64,000 nucleotides of DNA from a virus (IMGVR_UViG_3300017919_000016:1-64000); one strand, 5' to 3'; numbered from the stretch's first letter, positions 39,791 through 49,500 are shown. Translations and numbers: made by a program. Notes: generated by a model from the sequence alone, not told the origin.

Positions 39791-41347
39791 CTATCCTAAA
39801 ATGATCATGTCCCGTTCATCATAGATAGAGCCTTCATCATCCGGTGGATTTACCGTAGCTCTGGCAAGACCCATGATTAAAGCCACGATACCATCGATCT
39901 TTTCTGATGATTTTTCCTTGTCCACCTTAATGTTTCCTGCAGGGTCCGTTCTGACCACAATGTTATCTGCCATCCACCGAAGAACGGGATGTCCTCCATG
40001 GGCTATCTGCTTGCTTAAAGTAAGCCGCATCAAGTCCTTTGTAGGTGGAGACATATCCTTAAAGCCCTGACCAAATGGCACCACGGTAAATCCCATTCCT
40101 TCTAGGTTCTGACTCATCTGTGTGGCACCCCATCTGTCATAGACAATTTCTCTGATGTTGTACATCTCACCAAGTCGCTCGATGAACTTTTCTATAAATC
40201 CATAGTGGACCACGTTTCCTTCTGTGAGATTAAGTAGTCCCTGCCTATGCCAGATGTCATAGGGAACGCTGTCTCTTTTCACCCGCTGATGAAGGGTTTC
40301 TTCTGGTAACCAAAAGTATGGGAGCACCTGAAACTTATCTCCCTCTTCTAAGGGTGGAAACACGAGTACAAAAGCTGTAATGTCACTGGTAGATGACAGG
40401 TCCAGACCTCCGTAGCAGACTCGTCCTTTCAGCTCTTCCGGGTCTACAGGATAATTACAAAGGTCCCACTTATCCATGGGCATCCATTTGATTTCCTGCT
40501 TTAACCACATGTTCAGCCTTAGTTGTTTAAACAAGGCGAGATCTGCCGGATCGTCTTTAACTTGATTGTAATGCTCCCTGACTCTCTCTATAGAAATGGT
40601 ATGGCCAAGACTTGGGTTGGCTTTATACCAGTTGTTTTCATCTTCAATATCCGCATCGTCCTCTAAGCCATAGATAATAGCGAGGAATGTCGGATCTATT
40701 CTCTTTCCTTCCAGTATGTCTTTTGCCTTTTGATGCATCTCCCAGCCATAGCCAGAGAGTTGATTTCCTGCGGTGGTGAGGTATAAAAAGAGCGGTTGGG
40801 TTCTGGCATCTCCTGAACCGGTAGTCAGCATCTTGGCAAGATCCGGATTCGGATAGGTCCAAATCTCATCAAGGATAACGCAGGAAGCATTGATCCCGGA
40901 TTTTGATTTAACATCGGAACTAAGTACCTGATAGAAGCTTCCTGTCTTTGGATAGACGATTCGCTTGGTGGACCTTACCAGATTGGTCACTTTTGATAGG
41001 GTTGAATTCCCTTCAACAAAATTCATACTGGTGTTAAAAATGATGCTGGCCTGTTGTCTGTCACAGGCGGCTACATAAACCTCTGCATTAGGTTCTCCAT
41101 CAGCAAGAAGCATGTAAAGGGCTATGGCTGCGCCAAGCTCCGACTTACCATTTTTCTTACCAATCTCCACATAGGCGGTTCGGTACTGACGGGTACCATC
41201 TTCCCTCAAGGTTCCAAAAAGTCGCCTTACCAAATCCTTCTCCCAGGGAAGTAACTTAAAAGGCTGACCGGCCCATCTGCCTTTGGTCAGCTTCAGTTGT
41301 TCGATAAAATTTATGGCGTGGTTCGCATGAGCTTCACTAAATGGCAT
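39791..41347 (-). CDS. terL: Terminase large subunit
   Basis: KKNGKSE Walker A, ILDE, GGLDLS, KIDG.VA. Confidence 0.95.
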   Translation of the reverse strand: MPFSEAHANHAINFIEQLKLTKGRWAGQPFKLLPWEKDLVRRLFGTLREDGTRQYRTAYVEIGKKNGKSELGAAIALYMLLADGEPNAEVYVAACDRQQASIIFNTSMNFVEGNSTLSKVTNLVRSTKRIVYPKTGSFYQVLSSDVKSKSGINASCVILDEIWTYPNPDLAKMLTTGSGDARTQPLFLYLTTAGNQLSGYGWEMHQKAKDILEGKRIDPTFLAIIYGLEDDADIEDENNWYKANPSLGHTISIERVREHYNQVKDDPADLALFKQLRLNMWLKQEIKWMPMDKWDLCNYPVDPEELKGRVCYGGLDLSSTSDITAFVLVFPPLEEGDKFQVLPYFWLPEETLHQRVKRDSVPYDIWHRQGLLNLTEGNVVHYGFIEKFIERLGEMYNIREIVYDRWGATQMSQNLEGMGFTVVPFGQGFKDMSPPTKDLMRLTLSKQIAHGGHPVLRWMADNIVVRTDPAGNIKVDKEKSSEKIDGIVALIMGLARATVNPPDDEGSIYDERDMIILG

Positions 41348-41367
41348 AGGCGTCTCCTCCTTTCAAA

Positions 41368-41880
41368 TTAGTCGTCCTTACTCTTTTTCAGAATATCCTC
41401 CGCCTTTGGTACATTTGAAAGTAGCTCCTCCATGGCATCTCCCTCGATGGTGTTACCACTGTTATTGATGTTGAGTCTACTTCTGGCTGATGGGCTTAGC
41501 CCAAGCTCTGAACAGAAGTTTCTCATCTGCTTAAGGTTCTGCTGGGCAATGGATACTTGAGGAATCTGCTGAATGTATCCTGAAGCTGTCTTCAAAATGG
41601 ATCCATGCTTTGAGATGAATTCCTCTGCTTCCTTCCATCTAGCATAGGCTTGACAGTACCCGGCAAAGGCAGCCATATCCACTTGAGTCAGTAGCCCCAT
41701 GGCTTCCAGCTCTTTTGATAGCCTTCTCCATTCTTTCTTAGCATCCGGTTCCAGCCATGACGGGCACTTCGGTGCTATCTGTTTCGGTTTCGGTTCGTTC
41801 TTATTCAGTGGCCTTTTTCCTGGATTGCCTTCCAGCTCTTTGACCGCTGTAGGTTTTGGTGGTCTTCCTCTACCTGCCAT
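41368..41880 (-). CDS. terS: Terminase small subunit (P27 family)
   Basis: GRPPKPT..K.L.GNPGKR and LGLSPSARSR. Confidence 0.93.
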   Translation of the reverse strand: MAGRGRPPKPTAVKELEGNPGKRPLNKNEPKPKQIAPKCPSWLEPDAKKEWRRLSKELEAMGLLTQVDMAAFAGYCQAYARWKEAEEFISKHGSILKTASGYIQQIPQVSIAQQNLKQMRNFCSELGLSPSARSRLNINNSGNTIEGDAMEELLSNVPKAEDILKKSKDD

Positions 41881-41941
41881 AACTTTCACCTCCTTCATTT
41901 ACTGCAAAGAAAAAGAGCCATTTTTCAGGCTCCAAATGTTA

Positions 41942-42157
41942 TTAATTCACTTTGTTTATGTCGACTTTAATTTCTTCAACTGCCCATCCTGTGAAGTCTT
42001 TGAACCATTCCTTTGAAAACTTCTCTGCCATCTCTTCGGTGTCCCAGTAGCACGCTTCGTCAAAATCAAAGGTCCATTTTGGGTGGCCATCCCACATGCT
42101 GAGGTATAGCTTCTTACCCGCTTTCGTTTGCATCGTTACCGTGTAGAAAATCTCCAT
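41942..42157 (-). CDS. Hypothetical protein
   Basis: SD AAGGAGG, upstream promoter-like motif, downstream hairpin. Confidence 0.6.
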   Translation of the reverse strand: MEIFYTVTMQTKAGKKLYLSMWDGHPKWTFDFDEACYWDTEEMAEKFSKEWFKDFTGWAVEEIKVDINKVN

Positions 42158-42188
42158 TCCTTTCGCCTCCTTCGTTTTGGTATATACA

Positions 42189-42217
42189 TATATCACTCTG
42201 AAGGCAAAATTAGTCAA
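42189..42217 (-). promoter_or_regulatory. Element promoter-like motif TTGACT-N17-GATATA
   Basis: Same AGTGATATAT motif and spacing as 21343-21371 and 53534-53562. Confidence 0.55.
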
Positions 42218-42220
42218 GGA

Positions 42221-42430
42221 TTACTTCCCACGGATTCCTTTATAATTAAAGTTCCCTTTTCGAATCTCTTCATGATCTGCTTCTACAGCTCTTTTGTATT
42301 CAGGGTCTTTTGTTTCCTTCTCTTTGCAACTCATGCAGATGCACTGCTCATTGAACATGGACATAATACGTCCACCTTCTAAGATGCCACCGCAGCGGTC
42401 ACAATATTTCTGACTAAAAAATCGTTCCAT
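42221..42430 (-). CDS. Small CxxC zinc-finger-like phage protein
   Basis: CDRCG and CMSC; SD GGAGG. Confidence 0.7.
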   Translation of the reverse strand: MERFFSQKYCDRCGGILEGGRIMSMFNEQCICMSCKEKETKDPEYKRAVEADHEEIRKGNFNYKGIRGK

Positions 42431-42443
42431 CTATCTGCACCTC

Positions 42444-42632
42444 CTACTCTATGTCTACATATTCCATCAACATGGCCAGGGCCTCATCATAACTATTGGC
42501 TTCCTTGGTGACTCGCCTAATCATTTCATCTGCCTTTTCAGGCTCCCCAGATTTCTTTAGGGTTCTTGATACAATCCCCATGAGATTAAAGATGTTACCG
42601 TTCTCTCCAATGAGTCTGCATTTAGGTTTCAT
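42444..42632 (-). CDS. Hypothetical phage protein
   Basis: L.GENGNIFNLMG motif; overlaps the upstream gene end. Confidence 0.7.
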   Translation of the reverse strand: MKPKCRLIGENGNIFNLMGIVSRTLKKSGEPEKADEMIRRVTKEANSYDEALAMLMEYVDIE

Positions 42633-43446
42633 CGACTTCATCAACCTTTCTGAATGCACCGTTTCCTTCTAGGTGCTTAAGAAGTGTCTTTCTGGTTTCC
42701 TTATATTCCGGACCATTCATCCCGATACGGATTAGCCAGGTTCTAAGGGCATACTTGGGATTATCATCCTGTGCCTGTTTAAAGGATGCGCGGTTTAAGG
42801 TTCTGGCATAGTTCGCTATGAGAACACATAAATCCTGAAATGCTTTGATTTTTTCTGGAGTAAGTTCTGCTTCTAAAAGCCAGAAGCTAAAGGTCCTCTC
42901 TTCAAAATCAATCTGAAATCCTGGACATCTCTCGGCCCCTAGTGTTTCAATGGCAGCTCCCAATCCCTCTAAACCCTCTATGTTCTCATTGTTTAAATCT
43001 TCAGCAAAGCCTTCATCCATAAAAGGTTGTTCTGTTTTAAATGCCATCATGATCAGTCGCTGCTTGCTGTAAAGCATGTTGATGATGTTCTTAAGGCTTG
43101 TAGCTGTGTGGTCTTTCATATCCATCTTAAGTTCAAGTCCATCTAGATCCTGAAGCGATGGACTCAAGGTTTCTCTACTATTTGTTTCTTGCTCTGCTTG
43201 CAGCTGTTCACGTTCATCTGAAGTTGATTCTTCCCTTACTTCAGTCGGCTCTTCTATCACAGGTTGACTTAGAATTTCTTCCATAGTGATGAGCTCACCA
43301 TCTCCCTTTGTAATAGCACCATGTCTGTCGATGGTATACACTTCATTCGCTGTCCTAATTTCGTAATTAAAGGTTGGAACACTTAAGTACTTAGGTTTCA
43401 CGCCCAAATGCTCTCCTAGCTTTTTAATCATTAATTTTCGGTCCAT
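42622..43446 (-). CDS. Conserved clostridial prophage protein (often labelled 'virulence-related protein')
   Basis: NPKYALRTWLIRIG..G.EYK..RK.LL..L.G..AF C-terminal motif. Confidence 0.7.
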   Translation of the reverse strand: MDRKLMIKKLGEHLGVKPKYLSVPTFNYEIRTANEVYTIDRHGAITKGDGELITMEEILSQPVIEEPTEVREESTSDEREQLQAEQETNSRETLSPSLQDLDGLELKMDMKDHTATSLKNIINMLYSKQRLIMMAFKTEQPFMDEGFAEDLNNENIEGLEGLGAAIETLGAERCPGFQIDFEERTFSFWLLEAELTPEKIKAFQDLCVLIANYARTLNRASFKQAQDDNPKYALRTWLIRIGMNGPEYKETRKTLLKHLEGNGAFRKVDEVDET

Positions 43447-43492
43447 TTTCATACCTCCCTGCGTTTTTGGTACTTACATATATCACTCTAAA

Positions 43493-43512
43493 CGCCATGA
43501 TACGAGAAGGAT
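43493..43512. other. Putative recombination junction J3 (CG-cca-TGATACGA-gaa-GGAT)
   Basis: Cuts through a promoter-like motif (AGAGTGATATAT kept, TTG box missing); same spacing as J1 and J2. Confidence 0.7.
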
Positions 43513-44173
43513 TACCTAGGGCCAATTAGTACATTTAATTTTGCATTTTCTGCTCCGACTATGCTATATAGACCCTCTTGTTTGGCCCAGAACTTACTCT
43601 TTATGTAAAAAAGACAATAAAAAAAGCCCACCACGACGCGATGAGCTGAAAAATCCATTTGTATAGACGCTCTCAGAGCGATTTTAAATTCCTTCAATAC
43701 ATAATTCGATCACGTGAAGTAGACTGAATCGAATATACAACGTCTCATTATGTCATTGAAATCATCAAGATCCCAAGCTACAGTTACTCTTTTCATTAAG
43801 ACGAGTTTCTTCCTATTGTTATGTGCTTGTTCCGTATGTACATATTCAGTATGTACTTGCTCGGTATGTGCTTGTTCATATAGCCTAGATGGAAGAGAAT
43901 CCTATCGAAACTCAAAATTTGAAGGATCCTTGGAAAAACGTCGCTTCAGTTTGGCCTGTGACGGCTTTTTATCGATTTTAGGACCCGTAGTTCGATGTGG
44001 GGGATGAATCGCACAAATCGCCCGGAAAAGCGATTTAGCCAATTTGAGTTCAAAAAATGAAAACAACCCACCAATATCCCGTCTCAGTCTGGTGTTTTCC
44101 CGATGCTAGAGACCTTATTGGTGGGTTATTTGAAAGGCTGAAAGTAGAAAAGCCCACCACATTGTGATGAGCT
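43495..44173. other. Conserved non-coding element-end module, copy 3
   Basis: Hairpins 43625-43647, 44065-44127 and 44151-44173; motifs shared with 5760-6370. Confidence 0.8.
43820..43879 (+). repeat. Four tandem 15-bp imperfect repeats
   Basis: TATGTGCTTGTTCCG, TATGTACATATTCAG, TATGTACTTGCTCGG, TATGTGCTTGTTCAT. Confidence 0.85.
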
Positions 44174-44179
44174 CTCGAT

Positions 44180-45589
44180 TTATCTGTTAGAGTAATACTT
44201 TTGATTAGGACTTGTCGGTTTATCGGGCATTGTGAGATTTAGAAGATTCCCTTTAACTAATGGCTTCAATATACTGTTCGCAAAATATCTCCTATCTTGC
44301 AATCCCAAGAATTCCTGAATTTCTTTTCTACTTCTAGGTTCTTTACAAAATTCCAGTATTGACTCCGTTCGCTTATCCTCAGCATCCATTTCAGCTTGGG
44401 GGGTAGCTTGGGGGGTCAATGGAATAATTGTCTTAAACACATCTCCCTCGATGAATTCAGGATCGGCACCCGAATAGATTTTATTGTACTTATATATGTT
44501 CCTAACTCCCGACCCAAGTTCATCAACCCATCCGATTTCTTTAAAGAACTTTGCAATCTTTGGGTTCTTGGGATAAGGTGAAAAGTCCTCAGGGTCAATC
44601 ATTCCATGACCATGGGGCTTGTTGCCATTTTCGATAAAGACTCTGTCCTTCTCCACGACTAGCTTTGCAGGAAATGGATTTGAGAATTATCTATGGATCA
44701 ATAGGTTTGAGACCGCTTCTCTGAAAATCTTATCCCTTAAACTTACACGCTGATCACCTTCGAGATAGAATTTGTCATTGAGATGCTTGGCAATAAACTG
44801 CATTAATCTTTCGTAGCTTCTTAGAAGATTCACCCTAATATCATCCCGGTCATCATACCTGTCGAGGTTTTCTCTTCTTAAAATTGCATCTGTCCTATAG
44901 TGTGGAAGCGCTGTTTGAATCATCAGCTCACTTCCAAAAATTAAAATGCCCGCTAATGTAATCCCTTGCTTACCTGTGCTCTGATCCTTTAGATACATGC
45001 CTGCACTTTTCAGCAGCTCGATGTTATCCATCGAAACCCACGGGTGGCCGGGCTTCAAATTTCCAACCGTTTTTCTAACCCTTGTAAACAACTCATCTTC
45101 CAGCTCATCCAAGTCAGCATAGGGAAAAATTCTATTTTCTGTATATGTGGCTTGCTTTCTCATGTACAATCCAGATACTAGATTTGTATTATTTGTAATG
45201 TCAAAATCTCCATCTTCGTTTCGATCAAAGATTTTTCCCTTACAACGATGCACCTGAGAACTCTCCGGTACGTTAATGTACAGGATCGTCTTCCCATCTA
45301 TTTCAACATCTTCTACTGCCAAGTAAAAAGCAGGATTGAGAGTTTGTGGATTATTAAGCGATGTAACGAAATCTTTCTTCAGCTGCTCCACAGAATCTTT
45401 ATCGACGCCTACAATATCACCGTTATCCTTCACCCCAAGAAACAAATGCCCCCCGTGGCGATTCAAAAATGCGCATACAGAATCATACACATCCTTATTT
45501 AACTTCTTTTTACTCTCTTTGAATTCTACAGTAATGCTTTCACCACTACTGATTATTTTCTTTAAACTTTCTATTTTCACTTGCAACAC
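44180..45589 (-). pseudogene. Schlafen/AlbA_2 + HATPase-like + wHTH protein with an in-frame stop
   Basis: GES.TVEFK..AFLN..GG.L.LGV.D; REAVSNLLIHR*FSNPFP with TAA at 44687-44689, same frame continues to 44180. Confidence 0.85.
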
Positions 45590-45647
45590 CTCGTTTACGC
45601 CAATGCAAGGCGCTATAATTTAGTATATCCATTCAATCAGATAGTAA

Positions 45648-45977
45648 TCATGAGTTCGCGAATTTTGATATCAACCCAAAGATATACGCTGTGTTCCTAG
45701 ACTGTTCTCTTACTTCCTGCCTTAGATGGGTTTCTCCATTTTTCCATCGTTCATAATATCCAGCTACATTCATAAAATCATCTTTTGTAATTTTTCTAGC
45801 TCCATTTAGTTGAACAGAAGGATTCTTATCGGGTGTGCTATCTACGTACAAATATATTTCTTTTGTATAAGCTCTAAACCACAATGGAGTTCTATTGTTT
45901 TGAGGAACTGTTGATACATCAAAAGCCTCTTCAGTTGCCGTGCTAAGAATCTGATGCCATAGCTTTTCAAAATCCAT
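45648..45977 (-). CDS. Hypothetical protein (109 aa)
   Basis: TAATG coupling with the upstream gene; SD AAGGAGGG. Confidence 0.7.
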   Translation of the reverse strand: MDFEKLWHQILSTATEEAFDVSTVPQNNRTPLWFRAYTKEIYLYVDSTPDKNPSVQLNGARKITKDDFMNVAGYYERWKNGETHLRQEVREQSRNTAYIFGLISKFANS

Positions 45978-46387
45978 TACTCAACACCCTCCTTCAACTG
46001 AATAATATTTCCGGGTAAAGCTTCAAACATGTCAGGGTAATGTCCACATCTTGCGCGGATCTGATTGTACTTCGCCTGAGTCCCATCTTTCTTCAAGTAC
46101 AACTTCCTTCTGTATATTTCATCTGAAAGCTCTGCAGCATGCATTTTTCTGCTTTCCACTTCCTTAAGTACAATTTTCATAGCTTCTTGTAAAGTTCTTT
46201 TAGGAATCGAAGGACCAAGAATTTTTTCAATTGGACCAGCACTCGGGTCATACTTAAGCAGAATGTATACCGGCTCGTTGTCTTTTAGTATGACAACCTT
46301 TCCATTTTTCTCAACAATTTTCACGACATCATCCAGGTCCGTCTTCAGTTTTTCATAAGAAATCAAACTTTCCAAACTAACTTCCAT
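45977..46387 (-). CDS. Phd/YefM-like N-terminus fused to a winged-helix (HARE-HTH-like) domain
   Basis: V..NGKVVILKDNEP.Y.L; TLQEAMKIVL..MHAAEL.DEI; promoter TTGAAA-N18-TATACT upstream. Confidence 0.6.
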   Translation of the reverse strand: MEVSLESLISYEKLKTDLDDVVKIVEKNGKVVILKDNEPVYILLKYDPSAGPIEKILGPSIPKRTLQEAMKIVLKEVESRKMHAAELSDEIYRRKLYLKKDGTQAKYNQIRARCGHYPDMFEALPGNIIQLKEGVE

Positions 46388-46489
46388 AGCTCTCACCTCA
46401 CCTGTAGTATACCACAGACACTAATACAATTTCAATATTTTTGTACGTATTTGTAACTTTTTTGTTCTGCTCTTTTATTTCATAAAAAT

Positions 46490-46538
46490 AAACCCACCAA
46501 GTGGCTTGATCACTACAATCAGGCTACTCAGTGGGTTT
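46490..46538 (-). terminator. Hairpin/terminator after LSR-C
   Basis: Differs from 8285-8333 at two loop bases only. Confidence 0.7.
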
Positions 46539-46543
46539 CATTC

Positions 46544-49500
46544 TTACTTTTTTATCGGGAGCTTCCAATATTCCCTGCGATTATCTCTTGCATTCCATCT
46601 CACACCAACACTTAGTTGATACTCAATAACGTCATCAGCTAGTAAGGTTCCTGACTTGATTAACCTCGTGAAAATATCTCTTCTAAAGGGAACTCTCTCT
46701 TTCTTGGGATTGAATGGCTCCAAAGCAAGGAGTTCTTTCCTCAACCACTTTAACTCTTCACTAAGTGCACTCACTCTCTCCTTTCTATCTTCATAGCTTC
46801 GAATCTTATCGTGAAGATCCATGATATGGTCAGTAATCACTTTGATCGCACCGGTATCCTCGCCATGTTTCTTTCCCTCTTCAACAGTCTCGTAGAGTTT
46901 CTGGTAGTAGATTTCGATTTCTTTTTCTAAACGTTCAAGTTCTTGCTCCTCGTGAGGTTTCAGGCTAACCTCTTCGATAACTTCATTTACCAATTCCGAT
47001 AACTTCTTCGAGTTTTTCATTTCCTGCAGCATTGCCATGAAAGTGTGTTCGATGTTCTCTTCCCTGATAGCTTTTTCAAAACACTCCTCGGAATGGTTCT
47101 TAACAACAGAAGCTCTACACCGCCAATAATGCTTCTCCAACCCCTTATGGCTTGAAAGATGTACAATCGGACAGCCGCAAATTCCGCATTGAAAAACCTT
47201 GAAGAACTCATCTCTAGTGTGCCGGTTTGTTTTCGTGATTTTCCTCGCCTTACTATTGATGATTCTCTGCACCTCATCCCACTTTTCTTTATCGATAATA
47301 GCTTCGTGATTATCTTCAATATAGTACATTGGCAGTTCACCATTGTTCGGGACTCTCTTCCCGGTAATGGAGTCGCTTGTGTACTTTCTTTGATAAAGCA
47401 CATCTCCGATGTATGCTGGATTATTTAACATTCTACGAACTGTAGTGACCCCCCAAGCACTATTATTCTTAGGACTTGGAATTTTATCCTCCGTTAGGCC
47501 TTTTGCAATACCCAGCATGCTTTTCCCTAATAGATACTCATCAAAGATTCTTTTAACCACGGCAGCCTTCTCGCTGTCAATTTCCCAGCTTCCATCTTTA
47601 CCATAATAGAATCCATAAGGCAGTGTGCTGAGTTTAACAGATCCCCTTTCTGCTAATTTACTTCGACCCCATGTAAGGCTTTCACCAAGACTCCGCGACT
47701 CTTCTTGTGCGAGCGCGCTGTATACAGTCAGTAAGATTTCACCATCTTTTTCAGCTGTATCTATCTCTTCTTTCTCGAACATTATAGAAACACCTAGAGC
47801 CTCTAATTCTCTCACATACTCCAAGCAATCTACAGTGTTCCTAGCAAATCTCGATATAGACTTGGTGATGACGCGATCAATTTTTCCTTTTCTGCAATCT
47901 GAAATCAACTCTTGAAAACCATCTCGATTCTCCGCCTTCGTTCCTGATACCCCCTCGTCATAATAAACCTTAATCAGTCGATAATCAGGATTCTTTAACA
48001 CAGCATAAGTGTAGTAGGCCATCTGAGCTTCCAACGATCCTAATTGCACTGGATCATCAGTACTAACTCTTGCATATACAGCGATTCTAACCTTTTTCTT
48101 GGCAGGCGGGCTATGTTGTTTACTTTCCCTGATTTCTCTTCGTATACGATCGATAATATTCTCTGAAAAGTATTTTTCAACTCTAACTGCTTGCATGTTC
48201 TCACCTCTTACTTTAGGAAATGGTGGATCTATTTCTTCCACGCCTTCAATTTCACATCCCTCTACTAAGATGCGATATTGCTCCTTATTTTGGGATTTTA
48301 GTATCAAATCTTTCCCCATCAATTGTTCCCGCTTTAGCTCCATTTCCACTTTTCTATTCTCACAAGTCCCAACAGTCGTATGTAGATCATCATACCAATG
48401 CACCTGGTAATCTTCTAAAGAGAAAATCCTGATTTCCAAAATCCACGCTCTAAGAACATCAACATTAGCTCTCTCTATAAAATCTTCAGGAGATTTTGCT
48501 TTTCGTAATAGTTCAATCGCGAGATCACGATACTTCCGATCTTCTTCTATCATGGTCGCTAGATGCTCGAACTCCACTATTGCTCGCTCCACCTTTTCTT
48601 TTTCAATGATTGCTAATTCATCTTCCGATGCTCGTCTTTGATGCTCTTTCGCGATTTGTAATTTGCTTAGTAAGCTAAGGCGATGAAGTTCAAACCGATC
48701 ATTTTTGTTCACCCAAATCAATTCATCCTTCATCACTTCTAATATTTTAGGATTGTTGAAATCATACCTCTTTCTGATAATTTCCTTCATCAGTTTGAGA
48801 ATCTTTTTATCGGTTAACCGTGGAGAATCACATAATCTCGCTTGTTTTTGCTTCACGCTGCAGACCCATTCAACGCGATTCTTTTTTCTGCTCTTGTGAT
48901 AGTTCACATCGCATAGGCCGCAACTTATCCTCTTCGAACAAGAGTGATGTATCTTTTTGCCAAGTCCTTTTTTTCTCCTCTTCTCCGAGAGCATATCTTT
49001 TGCTTTTTCAAAACACTCAGGTGAAAGAATTCTGGGATAGGCATTCTCAATGAGATACATATCCTTCTCACTATCTTTAAGAAATTCGACTTTTTGAGAG
49101 AGGGAACTGTTATATTGATTTGTTATCTTCTCACCAATATAAGACCTATTCTCTAAGATATTCAGTATCAATGTATGCGACCAAATAGTATGCCCACTAA
49201 CGGTCTTTACACCTCTATCCGTTAAGAGTTTTAGAATTTCAGCGATTTTCATACCTCCAATAAAGAGTTCAAAGACTTCTTTTATCACCTCAGCTTCTTC
49301 TTCGTGAATGACTGCCACCTGTCCCTGTGTTGTCTTTACAATTTTATAACCGAACTGTCTTCTATAGATTGGATTACCGGAAAGGATTCGTTTGTTTTGG
49401 CCCCACTTACTATTGTGGGCTATGCTCACAATTTCATCTTGGCTGATCGCCGCCAAGGCTGTTAGAAAGAACTTGTTTTTTCTTTCCATACTATTGATGT

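Larger units (their letters stand above)
13077..43494 (-). mobile_element. Element E1: prophage-like late module, LSR-A/B/C and end module; early genes absent
   Basis: Terminase-to-amidase cluster followed by three recombinase genes; bounded by J2 and J3. Confidence 0.85.

Noticed and set aside
43512-44007. Short ORFs inside the end modules (also 5622-5943)
   Set aside because: Frames are not conserved between the three homologous modules.
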